Assembly (NCBI GenBank): GCA_038087875.1
Contig: CM075989.1
Location: 9,178,001-9,242,000 of the forward strand
Source: Malacoraja senta
Lineage: Eukaryota
DNA: 64,000 bases
Direction: 5' to 3'
Positions 27,033-40,660 of this stretch are shown here, piece after piece. The notes beneath the pieces are model-generated. The model made no database searches, was not told the origin of the DNA, and saw only the letters and a list, made by a program, of their open reading frames with translations. A program made the translations under genes and the position numbers. Each line of letters starts with the position of its first letter. Position 1 is the first letter of the stretch.

Positions 27033-29744
27033 AATGTGCTACCTTATTTAATCTAATGAGATTCAGTACCAAAGTTCACCAATAATGGTCAACAGTACAA
27101 GGCCCCCACTAGAATGATCAGTGCCTTTACAAGCATAGAAAACAGGCAAGGGGATGGAAAATTTGAATTTGAGACTTAACAAAGGTTCAATTCAACTCTG
27201 CACTGACAATGGTAGAAGGAAACATTAACGTGTACAGGTACTGCTAGTTTAACAGTAACACTCAAACTCAAATTGGATACATAATTGTAAACAGCAGGGT
27301 TCTTAGAAAAAGCAATAAAGTGATTACTGCTTCAAGTGCCAACACAAATACAATGAGCTGAATGACATCCCTATATACTGCACATCTCTATGATGTGGAC
27401 TTTCATACAACAATTATCCAGGTCCCTCCCAACTCAAGAATACAGTTACAATCTGCTGAAAGCATCATTTATGCAATTAAAAGTGGAGACTAATACGTCA
27501 ATCAATCCTTTAACTCGAGGAACAGAAACTAGCTGAGATCACTGGAGCAATTGCAGAACTCGAGTTATTGACTGGTAAACTACAGATGTTAGAATCACCA
27601 CTGTCAGATGTGATAAACAATTCAACCTTTCCTCCAGTGGATCACAAAGCAACAATTCTGTTGCACAATAACCCAATCACACATTTTTTTGTGTTTGCTC
27701 ATTGAATAAATTGCCTTATTAGATACCGAATCATACAAGTTGGAGATCTGAAGGATACTCCCTCTGCTGGACTGAGCCAGCCTATTTTAACTCATTTCAA
27801 ACACTGACAAATTCTATTGCTTGCTTTTTGTGCCACAACTCAGGAGGAATCGGTGCTAATAAACAGTAAGTATGAGAGGGGACAACTTCCTGCAGGCCAA
27901 CAACTTCTAGTGCTAGCCTCTTGCACAATATTGCATTGTTCTGACATTATCGGCAGCAATGCGAGCAAAAACATATTTATTCAGCAGCTTTAATCAAACA
28001 AAATACCAAGGCCAGTTTGGAGGAGTGTTAGCAAATAAATGTGAAGAGATTTAAGATTGATAAAATAAATACATTAAATTTCATCAAACCTTTAAAAAAG
28101 AATAGAGAATCTCTATCTATGCTATCAAAAGGGAATTCCAGAGGTTGGGATCCAAGGAAACAAAACACACAGCCACCAATCATGGAAGGGCTTGAATCCA
28201 ACCACGTGGGGATCAGAATTGAATGAGTATGGTGCTCAAAGGATGTCAGAATGGAGAATGATATATGTGGGTAGTTTGAAAATACTGAGAGCTATAGATT
28301 TTCACTAGCTATGGATGTGTTAAAATGCATTTTACCATGAGGTCGAAATTCAAATCAACGAACTCAGAATGGGACCAAATCTGAATAGAAAGAAAAACCA
28401 TGTGCGAAACGGAGCCGAGTACGTAATCTGTGGGAAGAGCTTCAACTATCTAATAATTCACACCTAGTAATTCACACCTAGTCTGAAGAAGGGTCTCGAC
28501 CCGAAACGTCACCCATTCCTTCTCTCCATCTTTTTGTGTCTATCTACACTATCATGCTGAAAGCACCAATCATATCTTTATAAATAGTTTTCCTTGCTTG
28601 CAATGCTGCATGCTTAGAATGTGATTATCTGAACATGACATTTTCAGTGATTGATTGATTTAAAGATACAGCAGGGAAACATACCCTTTGGCCCATCAAG
28701 TCCGGACTGATCATTGATCACCTATCTATGTTATCCCCTTTCTCATCCACTCCCTAGACACTTGGGGCTGTTTACAATTAACCTCCAAACCTGCACATCT
28801 TAGGGAAAGGGGAGGAAACCAGAGCACCCGGAGAAAAGAGTCACGCGGAGAACGTGTAAACTCCACACAAATAGCAACTGAGGTCAGGAATGAACCTGGG
28901 TCTCTGGCGCAATGAGGCATCAGCTCTACGCTGCAGATTGGATCTGAGCTTTTAAAGTAAATAGAGGAAGAGAAACAACATTTAAACAAACTGTGTTATG
29001 GTGGGGATTGGAGAATTGGAGGGTGGGGGGGTGGAAGGGAAGAAGTAATTACACAAAATGTTCCTTCCCCTTCATGTAAAATATAATTGTTTCAAATAGT
29101 TTAAATTGCAATACAGTGTTAATTTAGGGGAAGCACCAAACAGAGCAAATTCAAAACAGCTGGTAGAGATAAAAACTATTCCTTACAACACCTACATCAA
29201 TCACAGCATTCCTGTTATTAGTGGTAAAGTATGGCTCTCATATTAAATGGTTTAAAATATCTTCCACACAATTTCCTCGGATCAATTGTGAACAACAATT
29301 TGAAGTGCAATTCTATTATCTTTTTGAATTAAATGTATGACTTTCATAAATTAATCTAAAGCTCAAAGTCCATGTTAAATCAATTATTCAATATCTTGGG
29401 CACCCAGATTCAGTGCACCAATTTTTTTTTTAACTCTGCAATGTCATCTCTGACCTCGTTTGGTCTCAAAACCTAATGGAACAGCCATGTTCATTACCCT
29501 GACTTACCCGAGCTACCTCTGTTCACCTTTCACTGCTCTGCCATTGGTAGCATTCATTGCCATGGCCTTCAGCTCTGATTATCTTCATTATGTAAACTAC
29601 TTCCTGCCTCAGTACAATATCGAAAGCTTGCATTAAAAAAAAAAAAGATATAAATGCACACTATCGTCTGTCCCATTATCTTTTGTACCCTAGTATTAAA
29701 TTCTGGCTGGCTGTACTCATTTAAAGTGCCTTACCAGATTTAGC

Positions 29745-30012
29745 TTAGAGAAACAGCATAGAAACAGGCCCTTCAGCCCATTGATTCCATGCTGACTATC
29801 ATTCACCCGTACACTAGTTCTACACACTAGGGACAAATTACAGAAGCCATTTAACCTGCATGTCGTTGGAATGTGGGAGGAAACCGGAGCACCCGGAGAA
29901 ACCCACGCAGACACAGGGAGAACGTACAAACTCTGCACAGACAGCACCCACAGTCAAGATCAACCCCAGATCTCTCACGCTACGAGGCAGCAGCTCTACT
30001 GCTGCGCCACTG
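29745..30012 (-). mobile_element. HE1 V-SINE; other copies at ~12740-12910(-), 28660-28930(-), 38360-38670(+), 38700-38960(+), 43010-43245(+), 52820-52925(-), 54705-55070(+)
   Basis: tgtgggaggaaaccggagcacccgg V-domain (reverse complement) and gcagcagctctac..gcgccac head. Confidence 0.85.
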
Positions 30013-31146
30013 TGCATGACATCAAAATTGCACAATATGCATGCATGTTACTGCAACTTATTGCCACTGTACCAGGCTTGATGGCATCGAGGACCAATAA
30101 CCATCTGCGGATACCAGCTGCTCCAACAACTTTACTGTGTAGGAAGGAACTGCAGATGCTGGTTTACACCGAAGATAGGCCACACAGTGCTGGAGTAACT
30201 CAGACCCGAAATGTCACCCATTCCTTCTCTCCAGAGATGCTGCCTGTGCCACTGAGTTACTCCAGCATTTTGAGTCTACTAATAACTTTATTATTGGCAA
30301 GAGCCCCTGGTTTACACTCAAGGATTAATCCAGCAACACTGAATATGTTGAGAAAGAGTGCACAGGTGATCATGGCACTGATTGACAGATAATTTATTCA
30401 AAGCACTTAGACGTTTGGTTAATATCATGTTATCTTTTATGTTCCACTCAGGGAGGCTTGGTTTCATAGCATCCAAACTAAAAATAACATCTCCAGCAAT
30501 TCAGCACCCCATCAGTATTTACACACCAGCCTGAAATGTATATGACAACCCTGGAGAGTAGTGTGAACCTATAGGGCAAGTGAACGATATCCCTGGCATG
30601 TAAACAGCACACCAGCACTCATAGAGATTCCCTGTGTTAGGTAGTCATGTTGGAAACTAAACCGATATGCATTCAACAATCGGAGAAATCCAATACCTAT
30701 TTTGCCATTTAGAAATTGAGATAATTTTGCATTAGATGGACATCACATAATGCACTGTAAGTGCCATGAAACACAATCCCATTCCTCTAAGAGCCGAGAT
30801 CTGCTGGATGAACCGAGGCAGAATGCTAAGAGGACAAGGCAAATACAGAGAAAGTACACCATTAATTTTATACACGTGTAATAAAGTCAAGCAGCAACTC
30901 CATTTGATTCACGTGCAATCTTAGAATAGTGGTGTTATAGCAAGTAAGCCAGGGCAGTGAGCCTGTATTTGAATTTCCCGCAATAAAGGTAGTTCTGCTA
31001 TAATGTGCATTTCCACAACTTGAATTGGATAGAACAATGAATTTGAGAATAATATTTGTGATATGACAGCCTAATTGATTATAAAACTATTTCGATCGAG
31101 AACTAGAGGGGCAATTTGGAAATCTGCAAGCGGAAAATAAGTTGCC

Positions 31147-31179
<33 letters not shown>

Positions 31180-31239
31180 TCTCATGTAAGTAGCCTTCCA
31201 AAGTAATAAGACATCACTCTCTTAACAACACTCTGTCAG

Positions 31240-31439
31240 NNNNNNNNNNNNNNNNNNNNNNNNNNNNNNNNNNNNNNNNNNNNNNNNNNNNNNNNNNNNN
31301 NNNNNNNNNNNNNNNNNNNNNNNNNNNNNNNNNNNNNNNNNNNNNNNNNNNNNNNNNNNNNNNNNNNNNNNNNNNNNNNNNNNNNNNNNNNNNNNNNNNN
31401 NNNNNNNNNNNNNNNNNNNNNNNNNNNNNNNNNNNNNNN
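31240..31439. other. Assembly gap (200 N) preceded by a 30-nt G run at 31149-31178
   Basis: Directly visible. Confidence 0.99.
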
Positions 31440-31444
31440 AAAGC

Positions 31445-32400
31445 ACTGTTGACAAAGCTTCTGAGAGTTTTTGCTGATGTTTAAGAGTCAACTGGTGGAA
31501 TGTAATTAGCTGGATTGGTTTTGTTCAGCGCATAGTGAATGGAATACTCTGGGGCAATTTTCTGTGGTGTTGGGTAGATGCCAGTGTTGTAACTGCACTG
31601 GAACAGCTTAGCTCGAGGCACAGCTAGTTCTGGTGTGCATGTCTTCAATACTATAGCTAGGATGTTGCTGGGGTCTCACAACCTTTGTTGACTCCAACGC
31701 TCTCAACTGCTTCCTGATGCAGTGATTTGAATTGGAGAAACAAGGAACTGCAGATGCAAAAAAGGACACAAAGTGCTGGAGTAACTCAGCGGGTCAGGCA
31801 GCTTTACTGGAGAACATGGACAGGTGACAATTCAGGTGGGAGTCTTCAGGTCCTGACTTGAAACATAACCTATACATGTTCTCCAGAGATGCTGCCTGAC
31901 CCACTGAGTTACAGCAGAATTTTGCATCCTAAATTGAATTGGAGCCTGACCTCTGTGATGGTGGGGATCTCAGTTGGAAGTCGAGATGCATCAACTATTG
32001 TCACTTTGGTCTGAACGTGGATGTGAATGCGCCGGCTTTCCTGCGCCACTTGCGTGTAGACCCACCATTGTTAAGGTTGGCAATGTTCTTGGAGTCTATC
32101 CTCCCTTTAGCTGCAAGTAACATCTAGATCACAATCCCAGGAAAACCTGAAAGAAGTAGTTAATTTGCCTTCTTTTTAACCACAGTCAATGAGGCCATAT
32201 TCAACAATTACAATGGCAGTCCGACCACATCCAGTTGTGAATGGTGATGGACAATTGAACAGTTAATGGAAGGTGGAAGCTTCATGAACATGTACATCTT
32301 TGTGGAGCCCAGCATCTGAGTGCTAAAGACTGAAGCACTTTCAACCATTTTCATTTGAAAGCATTAATTGAAAACCGCATCTAACAACAGCAGAACAGAA
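31445..32400 (-). mobile_element. Old CR1/L2-group LINE RT remnant interrupted by a Penelope palindrome (~31735-31925)
   Basis: Minus strand reads IVLKTCTPELAVPRAKLFQCSYNTGIYP, typical of the segment just before the RT core. Confidence 0.6.
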
Positions 32401-33697
32401 TGATAGAATAGTTTTTTGTTGCCCATTGAGATCAGTTTGTTTGGAACAAACCAGTCGATTTAGAACAAACTAGTCTAGACACCGGTAAATATTTTCTCTT
32501 AAGCTCCAACCCAATTCCCTTTTGATAAGCAGTGATTTACAAAGCATGACCTCTCCTTTGTAAATACATTTTGTTCACACCACCCTATTACTTCTATTTG
32601 CCTTGTAGTTTTAGTGTAGTGAAACATTCGGAGGTGTATCGCAGGAGAGTAATCGGGCAACATTTGACATTGAACAATACAAGGAGATGCTAGAGCAGTA
32701 AACCAAAGATATTTGGTCAAAGACATTGTTTTAACGAGCATCTCAAAGGAGGAAAGAGTGGCAGAGAGTGGAGTTTTACAACAGCTGAAGGCTGCTAATG
32801 GTGGAGAGAGTGAACAAGAACCCAGAATTGGGGATCGTAGAGAACTGGAAGGGTTATATGGCTAGGAAGGAGGACACAGAGTTACTTTAAATTAAGGGAG
32901 AGAATTTTAAATCTGAGTGTTTGATTAACTGAGAGGTGGGAGGTTAGTAAAGAGAGAAGTAAATTCATGTTCATAAGTTATAGGAGCAGAATTTGGCCAA
33001 TCGGCCTTTCAAGTCTACTCTGCCATTCAATCATAGCTGATCTGTCTCTCCCTCTCAACCCCCATTCTCCTGCCTTCTCCCCATAACCCTGTAACCCGTA
33101 CTAATGAAGAACCAGTCAATGTCATTGTGTGTGGAAGTACAGAAGCAAGGAGTAAGATTTGGATGACAGAATGAGTGCTTGATTTAAAAACGCATCAGTC
33201 AGAAATGTTAGTTCTGTTTCTCTCTCTGGATACAAGTGCATTGAAATCGTCAGATCTAAAGGTAACACAGAGATGGATCGTGGAAAACTGACAGAGTATG
33301 GGAGCAGGACAGCAAGTGTGGATCAACCACTCAATCAACCACGGGGGAGAAGAGTGCAAAACAGGACCCTGGTTTTTTGATTTTGCATTTATCTGACTAT
33401 TGTTTTCCTTGGTGTTAGCTTCGTAGTACTCCTCCACCTGTCTTAAATGCCCCAAATAGCCTGATCAGAGGGAATTAAAGCAGTTATTTCAATGGTCAGT
33501 CCAGTCCGTGCCTTTATATTTCCATATTTTGCATTTCCCCCAGTTTTGAGAAGTCACTACATGGTGAATAGAAACCAAACCACTGCCCTGGAAATCTGAA
33601 ATAGAAAATAGAAAATGTTGTAAGTGGACTGCCAAATTGGGAGTGTCAGTGAAGATGGAAGCAGGGGTAGGCTTTTCGTTCATTACCTTGCATTGTT

Positions 33698-33836
33698 GTT
33701 CTTCTTGCGTATGGCGTGTCCAGCCTAGAGTTGTAGGACAACTTGTTCTATTTGATCTTATTTGATTGTGCACGCCAGGTTGATTGCATTCGTCGAAACA
33801 GGGTGGACCACGTGAAGGTTGCAATCTCCCACCCCT
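33698..33836 (-). mobile_element. ~135-bp SINE-like retroposon with (AAG)n tail, copy 1
   Basis: Near-identical to 54212-54340; 11-bp TSD cttgcattgtt (33687-33697 / 33837-33847). Confidence 0.8.
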
Positions 33837-33979
33837 CTTGCATTGTTAATATGAGCCGCCTCATGTGATCCTAGGCATGGTGAGCTATTCGGTCCATCTG
33901 ATCTGATTGACTTTCAGAGTCCTTTCCCTGGCATTGCACAGGGGGTATATGGAATCCATTGCTGCATTTTTAAAAGTTG

Positions 33980-34270
33980 TTTAGAGATATAGCGCGGAAA
34001 CAGGCCTTGGGCCCCACTGAGTGCACGCCACCAACAATCACCCCGTGCATTAGCACTATCCTACACACTGGGGACAATTTACAATTTTTACTGAAGCCAA
34101 TTAACCTACAAACCTGCACGTCTTTGGAGTGTGGGAGGAAACCGGAGCCCCTGGAGGAAACCCACGCGTCACGGGGAGAATGTACAAACTCCGTATTGAC
34201 AGCACCCGTAGTCAGGATGGAACCTGGGTCTCTGGTGCTGTGAGGCAGCAGCTCTACCGCTGTGCCACTG
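33980..34270 (-). mobile_element. HE1 V-SINE, near full length
   Basis: tRNA head, V-domain and LINE-like tail on the reverse strand. Confidence 0.88.
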
Positions 34271-35059
34271 CTGCTGTTCCTCCTGAACAAGTTATCTCAG
34301 AAGAAAACTTCAACTCTTCTGCTCTGCGTTTCCATCTGGTGTTGGAGGAAGGTGTGATCTCCATGGGCTAGAGGTCATCCCTGGTGGCATTAGTATTTCA
34401 ACACTTTCTAAGGCATTCCCCTCTCAGTTGTTAATTTCTCAGTCAAAAGGAGAAATTTCATTAACAAAGGGCACAAGGTGTGGGGGTAACTCAGCCGGTC
34501 AGGCAGCATCACTGGAGAACATGCATAGGTGACGTTTTGGGTCAGGACCCTGGTTCAGACTAAGAGATCTTGATGGGACATTGCTTTTTCACAGCAAATA
34601 GTCATTTTTTAGACCGAGGGCCCCAGGCCGTGGGTTGGTCAACATGCTCTTGTTTATTTGTGCAAGCTTAATGCGCTAGTGAACTGAATCAATTCAGAAT
34701 TTATTGGCTTTAAGTACAAACGGATGTAAAAGAACTCAAGGCATTTCTCAGAAGGATAGCTCTGCTCACAGCTCCACCTTCTTGCTGCCTTGTTTCTTAC
34801 ATTGTACACAGACAATACTAACAAAACTCCTCCTTGGCAGTAAAGCACTTCATGGAGTCTGTGGATATGAACGTTTTTGTGGAGAACTCGCGTTCCTCCA
34901 GAATTATTACAGGGGATCTTCCACATTTATTTCCGAGAGCAAACTGTTTCTTGATTAATGTCTCATTCCTATTCATTATGATGCATCATGTTGAACATTT
35001 TTTGGCGACTGTGGGCTCGATGCCAATGAGCGTATGCCTGACCTCTCCTGACTTAGGTG

Positions 35060-37925
35060 CTCTTAGATGAGCTTGAGGCTCAGTTAGAGGTTGGTACAGC
35101 AGATATGACATTGTGGGGATTACTGAGACGTGGCTGCAGGAGGATCGGGCCTGGGAACTTAATATACAGGGTTATACATCCTAATAGAAAGGACAGGCAG
35201 GTGGGCAGAGGAGGGGGGGTAGCTCTGCTGGTGAGGGATGGAATTCAGTCCCTTGCGAGGGAAGACATAGGGACTGACGAGGTAGAGTCACTGTGGATTG
35301 AGTTGAGGAATTGTAAAGGCAAGAAGACACTAATTGGTGTTATTACAGACCCCCAAATAGTAGCCCGGATGTAGGGTGTAAGTTGCAGCAGGAGTTAAAA
35401 CTGACATGTAACAAAGGTAATGCCACTGTGGTGATGGGGGATTTCAATATGCAGGAAGACTGGGTAAATCAGGTTGGTTCAGGACCCCAAGAAAGAGAGT
35501 TTGTAGAATGCCTCCGAGATGGATTCTTAGAGCAGCTTGTAATGGAGCCGACCAGAGAAAAGGCAATTCTGGATTTAGTGTTGTCAATGAACAGATATGA
35601 TAAGAGAACTCAAGGTAAAGGAACCGCTTGGAGGTAGTGATCATAATATGATTAGTTTTAATCTGCAATTTGAGAAGGAGAACGTTAAATCGGAAGTGGC
35701 AGTGATGCAGTTGAACAAAGGGGACTATGAAGGCATGAAAGGGAGCTGGCTAAAGTAGACTGGTGAGGGATCCTAGCAGGAATGACGGTGGAACAGCAAT
35801 GGCAGGAATTTCTGGGCATAATCCGGGAGACGCAGGATCATTTCATTCCAAAAAGGAAGAAAGATTCTAAGGGGAGTAGGAGGCAACCGTGGCTGACAAG
35901 AGAAGTTAGGGATAGAATAAAACTAAAAGAAAAGATGTATAACAGAGCAAAGAGTAGCCGGAAGCCAGAGGATTGGGAAACTTTCATAGGACAACAGAAG
36001 GAAACAAAACGGGCAATACGGGCTGAAAAGATGAAGTACGAGGGGAAGCTGACCAGGAATATAAAGAAGGACAGTAAAAGCTTCTTTAAATATGTTAAGG
36101 GAAAAAGAGTAGCAAAGTCAAATGTGGGTCCCTTGAAGGCAGACACGGGTGAAATTATTATGGGCAACAAGGAAATGGCAGAAGAGGTTGAATAGGTACT
36201 TCGGATCTGTCTTCACTAAGGAAGACACAAACCAATCTCCCAGATGTTGGAGGACAGAGGATCTAAGGGGGTAGAGGAACTGAAAGAAATTTTCATTAGG
36301 CGAGAAATAGTATTGGGTAGGCTAATGGGACTGAAGGATGATAAATCCCCTGGGCCTGATGGTCTGCATCCCAGGGTCCTCAGGGAGGTGGCTCTAGAAA
36401 TAGTGGATGCATTGGTGATCATTTTCCAATGTTCAATAGATTCAGGATCAGTTCCTATGGATTGGAGGATAGCCAATGTTATCCCACTTTTCAAGAAAGG
36501 AGCGAGAGAGAAAACGAGGAATTACAGACCAGTTAGCCTGACTTCGGTGGTGGGAAAGATGCTGGAGTCAATTATTAAAGAGGTAATAATGGGGCATTTG
36601 GATAGCAGTAAAAGGATTAGTCCAAGTCAACATGGATTTATGAAAGGGAAATCATGCTTGACTAATCTTCTGGAATTTTTTGAGGATGTGACAAGTAAAA
36701 TGGATGAAGAGGTGCCAGTGGATGTAGTATATCTAGACTTTCAGAAAGCCTTTGATAAGGTCCCGCACGGGAGACTGGTGACTAAAATTAGAGCACATGG
36801 TATTGGGGGTAGGGTGTTGACATGGATAGAAAATTGGTTGGCAGACCGGAAGCAAAGAGTAGGAGTGAATGGGTCCTTTTCAGAATGGCAGGCAGTGGCG
36901 AGTGGAGTACCGCAAGGCTCGGTGTTGGGGCCGCAACTGTTTACCATATATATTAATGATTTGGAAGAGGGAATTAGGAGCAACACTAGCAAGTTTGCAG
37001 ATGACACAAAGCTGGGTGGCAGTGTGAACTGTGAAGAGGATGTTAGGAGGTTGAAGGGTGACCTGGACAGATTGAGTGAGTGGGCAGATGCGTGGCAGAG
37101 GCAGTATAATATAGATAAATGTGAGGTTATCCACTTTGGCAGCAAAAACAAGGGGGCAGATTATTATCTCGATGGGGTTACGTTAGGTAAGGGGGAGGTG
37201 CAGCGAGACCTGGGTGTCCTTGTACATCGATCACTGAAAGTTGGTGTGCAGGTACAGCAGGCAGTGAAGAAAGCTAATGGAATGTTGGCCTTCATAACAA
37301 GAGGATTTCAGTATAGGAGTAAAGAGGTTCTTCTGCAGTTGTATAGGGCTCTGGTGAGACCACATCTGGAGTATTGTGTACAGTTTTGGTCTCCTAATTT
37401 GAGGAAGGACATCCTTGTGATTGAGGCAGTGCAGCGTAGGTTCACGAGATTGATCCCTGGGATGCCGGACTGTCATACGAGGAAAGATTGAAAAGACTAG
37501 GCTTGTATTCACTGGAGTTTAGAAGGATGAGGGGATATCTTATAGAAACATATAAAATTATAAAAGGACTGGACAAGCTAGATGCAGGAAAAATGTTCCC
37601 AATGTTGGGCGAGTCCAGAACCAGGGGCCACAGTCTTAGAATAAAGGGGAGATCATTTAAGACGGAGGTGAGAAAAAACTTTTTCACCCAGAGAGTTGTG
37701 AATTTATGGAATTCCCTGCTGCAGAGGGCAGTGGAGGCCAAATCACTGGATGGATTTAAGAGAGAGTTATATAGAGCTCTAGGGGCTAGTGGAATCAAGG
37801 GATATGGGGAGAAGGCAGGCACGGGTTATTGATACGGGACGATCAGCCATGATCACAATGAATGGCAGTGCTGGCTCGAAGGGCCGAATGGCCTCCTCCT
37901 GCACCTATGTTTCTATGTTTCTATG
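35060..37925 (+). mobile_element. 5'-truncated CR1/HER1 LINE with near-complete but frameshifted ORF2 (APE endonuclease + RT)
   Basis: GGGVALLV, VVMGDFN, ILDLVL and SDH endonuclease motifs; ORF 36244-37491 with YRPVSLTS, DFQKAFD, GVPQGSVLGP and FADDTK; tail ctatgtttctatgtttctatg. Confidence 0.96.
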
Positions 37926-38036
37926 TTGTAGGTTGTCGGCAGGATGACGTAGGTTGTCGCCGGTTTTTCGGCGACCTGCTACGACTATGACAGTCGCCGG
38001 CAGTTGCCTAAAACATCGGCAAGTGGGACAGGCCCA
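37926..38036. mobile_element. Orphan right half of the Harbinger-like MITE family seen at 15673
   Basis: cggcgacctgctacgactatgac..aagtgggacaggccca|tta. Confidence 0.75.
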
Positions 38037-40469
38037 TTAGGATTCCCACTGAAGGCTCGTGAAGGAACAGCATTTGAGGCTGTCTGAAACATCGTTCAAT
38101 TCTGGAACTTTTTAATGACTGTTTTAAGACAACTAAGAAAGACACGAGACTGCAGATGCTGGAATCTGGAATAATAAACAATCTGCTGGAGGAACTTAGA
38201 AGTTCAAGGTGCCTATGGGTGGGGAAAGGTGATGTCAAAATTTTGGGTCGAATCCAAACTAAAACAAATTTTGATTGCTTCGACAGCAGCTTTTGGTTCA
38301 TTGTATCGGCAGTAAAGTAAGGCTTAATGAAGGGATAATTCAACATGTTAGCAAGTTGATTTAAGGTGGCAGAGTGGTGCAGCTGGTAACCCTAACACCA
38401 GAGATCCAGGTTTGATCCTGACCTCGGGTGCTGTCCAGGTGGAATTTGCATGTCCTCCCTCTGACCGCACGGGTTCACTCCAGGTGCTCCGGTTTTCTCC
38501 CACATCCCAAAGAACTGTGGAGTTGTCGGTTAAATGGCCTCTGTAAAAAAAATTGCTGCTAGTGTGTAGGGAGGGAGTGGATGAGTATGTAGGATAACAT
38601 GGAACTAGTGTTAACACGTGGTCGATGTCGGCGTGGACTTGGTGTGCTGAAGGGGCTGTTTCCATTTTGTAGCTCTATACTATACTGAAGGATGTAGTTG
38701 CGTCTAATGGACTGCACAGTGCCTCATGACACCAGTTCCAGATTCAATTCTGACCTTGGGTGCTGTCTTTGTGGAGTTTGCATGTTCTCCTTGTGATTTC
38801 ATTGGTTTCCTCTGGCTGCTCTGGTTTCCTCCCACGTCATGGTTAATTGACCTCTGTAACTTAGGGAGCAGTTGAATAACGTCGAACTAGTGCGAACGGG
38901 TGATTGGCGGTCGGTGTGGACTCGATGGATGGAAGGGCTAGTTTGCATGCTGTATCTCCAATGCTAAAACTAGAATAAAATAATGGTTGCAGAATGCAAT
39001 TGGCCTGTTGGGCAATAAGCGAGTGCGGGGAAACCTCAACAGTGGAAATCGGAGAGAGTGAAAGAGAGTGGAACGTTGCTGAGAAGGCCAGTGGGGCCAA
39101 CAGCCAGTATGATTGGCGAAGAGACAACTGGAGCAAAGCTTTTAATTTACACACTGGTTGTTATGATCTGAAATGTCCCACTTGAGAGATTGGTGCAGAC
39201 GGATTCAGCAATACACCAGAGAACTCCGCACATACAATGCAAATTTTTCCCAGGACTATCGCTGAAAGGATTAATGAGATAATTCTAGGAACTAGTATAG
39301 GCACAATGGGCCAAATGGTCTTCACCTGCACCACTGACTCCATGATTCAGTTAAAAACCCAGTGCCCTCATGATAAAGACTTTAAACAATGCGGGAATGA
39401 CTAAGATGAAGGAAATCATTCTTCCAGCCAAGAGATGCAGGGAATTGCAATTGTTAACTGCACATTAATTTGGTCAGTTTAGCTTGGCAGAGTGTGACAT
39501 TGGCAGATGGTAAATAGCAATGCTTGCAATGAAGATTGCTGTAAACTCCACCTTTTATACAGTCCCCGATTGGAAGTGCATATTAGCGTGAGATATCGGG
39601 TATATCTGTCTCAGGGGAAGCATGATATGAGGAATTTCATGTTTGATAAATTTTATGAGAATGTGTCCAGAATATGTTGCGTAGCTGAACCAGGGCATTT
39701 TGAATCCACTTTAATTTAGCACAGTCAATCAAAGTAAACACTTTGAACCAGCAAGACTCCAACGTGAAATCCTCCCACTCAGCCACACTGCGGAGAATAA
39801 CATGGGATGATTTGGAAAGCAGAAATTCCAAGGGTTCCACGCAAGGGCTGAGAAGGGAATCTTTCAACATAAACCCTTGAATTTTCTGATCAATGTTATT
39901 TTAACCCATTTGATCTGGCTGGCCAGAAAATTCAGATTACATTGCACATCTGGAAACTGGGGCCCTGATCAAAACAGCAGATCTTATTTATATCGTCCTA
40001 AACACTTTAATTAGATCAACCTTTCATCTTCGAAGTTCAAGGGAATACAGATGCTGGTATCTGCAGCTTATGCCTGATAACTTAACAGTTTCACTGCCAG
40101 ATTATCATGGTGGATCTACAATGGAGTTTATTTTCTGTGACGTATTTATTAACAGAGGTGGTAACTAACATGGGTGCAAGAAATAAGGTGAAGATTTTTT
40201 TTTGTTGCCTTTTATCTCCTCTGCTTCCTCTGTCGCTGGCACCAGTTACTCCTGAGCGCAAAGGCACAAGAACCTCTGGTAGTTCCGTTCTTTGCATTTC
40301 CTCAGGAAACATTCTTATCACCAGGAAAGGAGACTTTACCAGGCTGTTCATGTCAAGCCCAAACATTCTCTTCCTGACCGTACACTCATGGCATCAGAGT
40401 GTGACCCGGGTCAAGGACTTTTCTTCCCTCTCTCAGCAAGATAGCACGGAAAGAAAGGCCTGCATTATA

Positions 40470-40660
40470 TGTTTAAGAAGGAACTGCAGATGCTGGAAAA
40501 ATCGAAGGTAGATAAAAATGCTGGAGAAACTCGGCGGGTGAGGCAACATCTATGGAGCGAAGGAATAGGTGACGTTTCGGGTCGAGACCCGAAACGTCAC
40601 CTATTCTTTCTCTCCATAGATGCTGCCTCACCCGTTGAGTTTCTCCAGCATTTTTATCTA
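40470..40660. mobile_element. Penelope-derived palindromic short element
   Basis: Inverted arms around gggtcgagaccc; 11-bp TSD cctgcattata (40459-40469 / 40661-40671). Confidence 0.85.

Noticed and set aside
40107..40511. 134-aa ORF as a possible CLN6 exon
   Set aside because: No CLN6 motifs, and it runs into a repeat.
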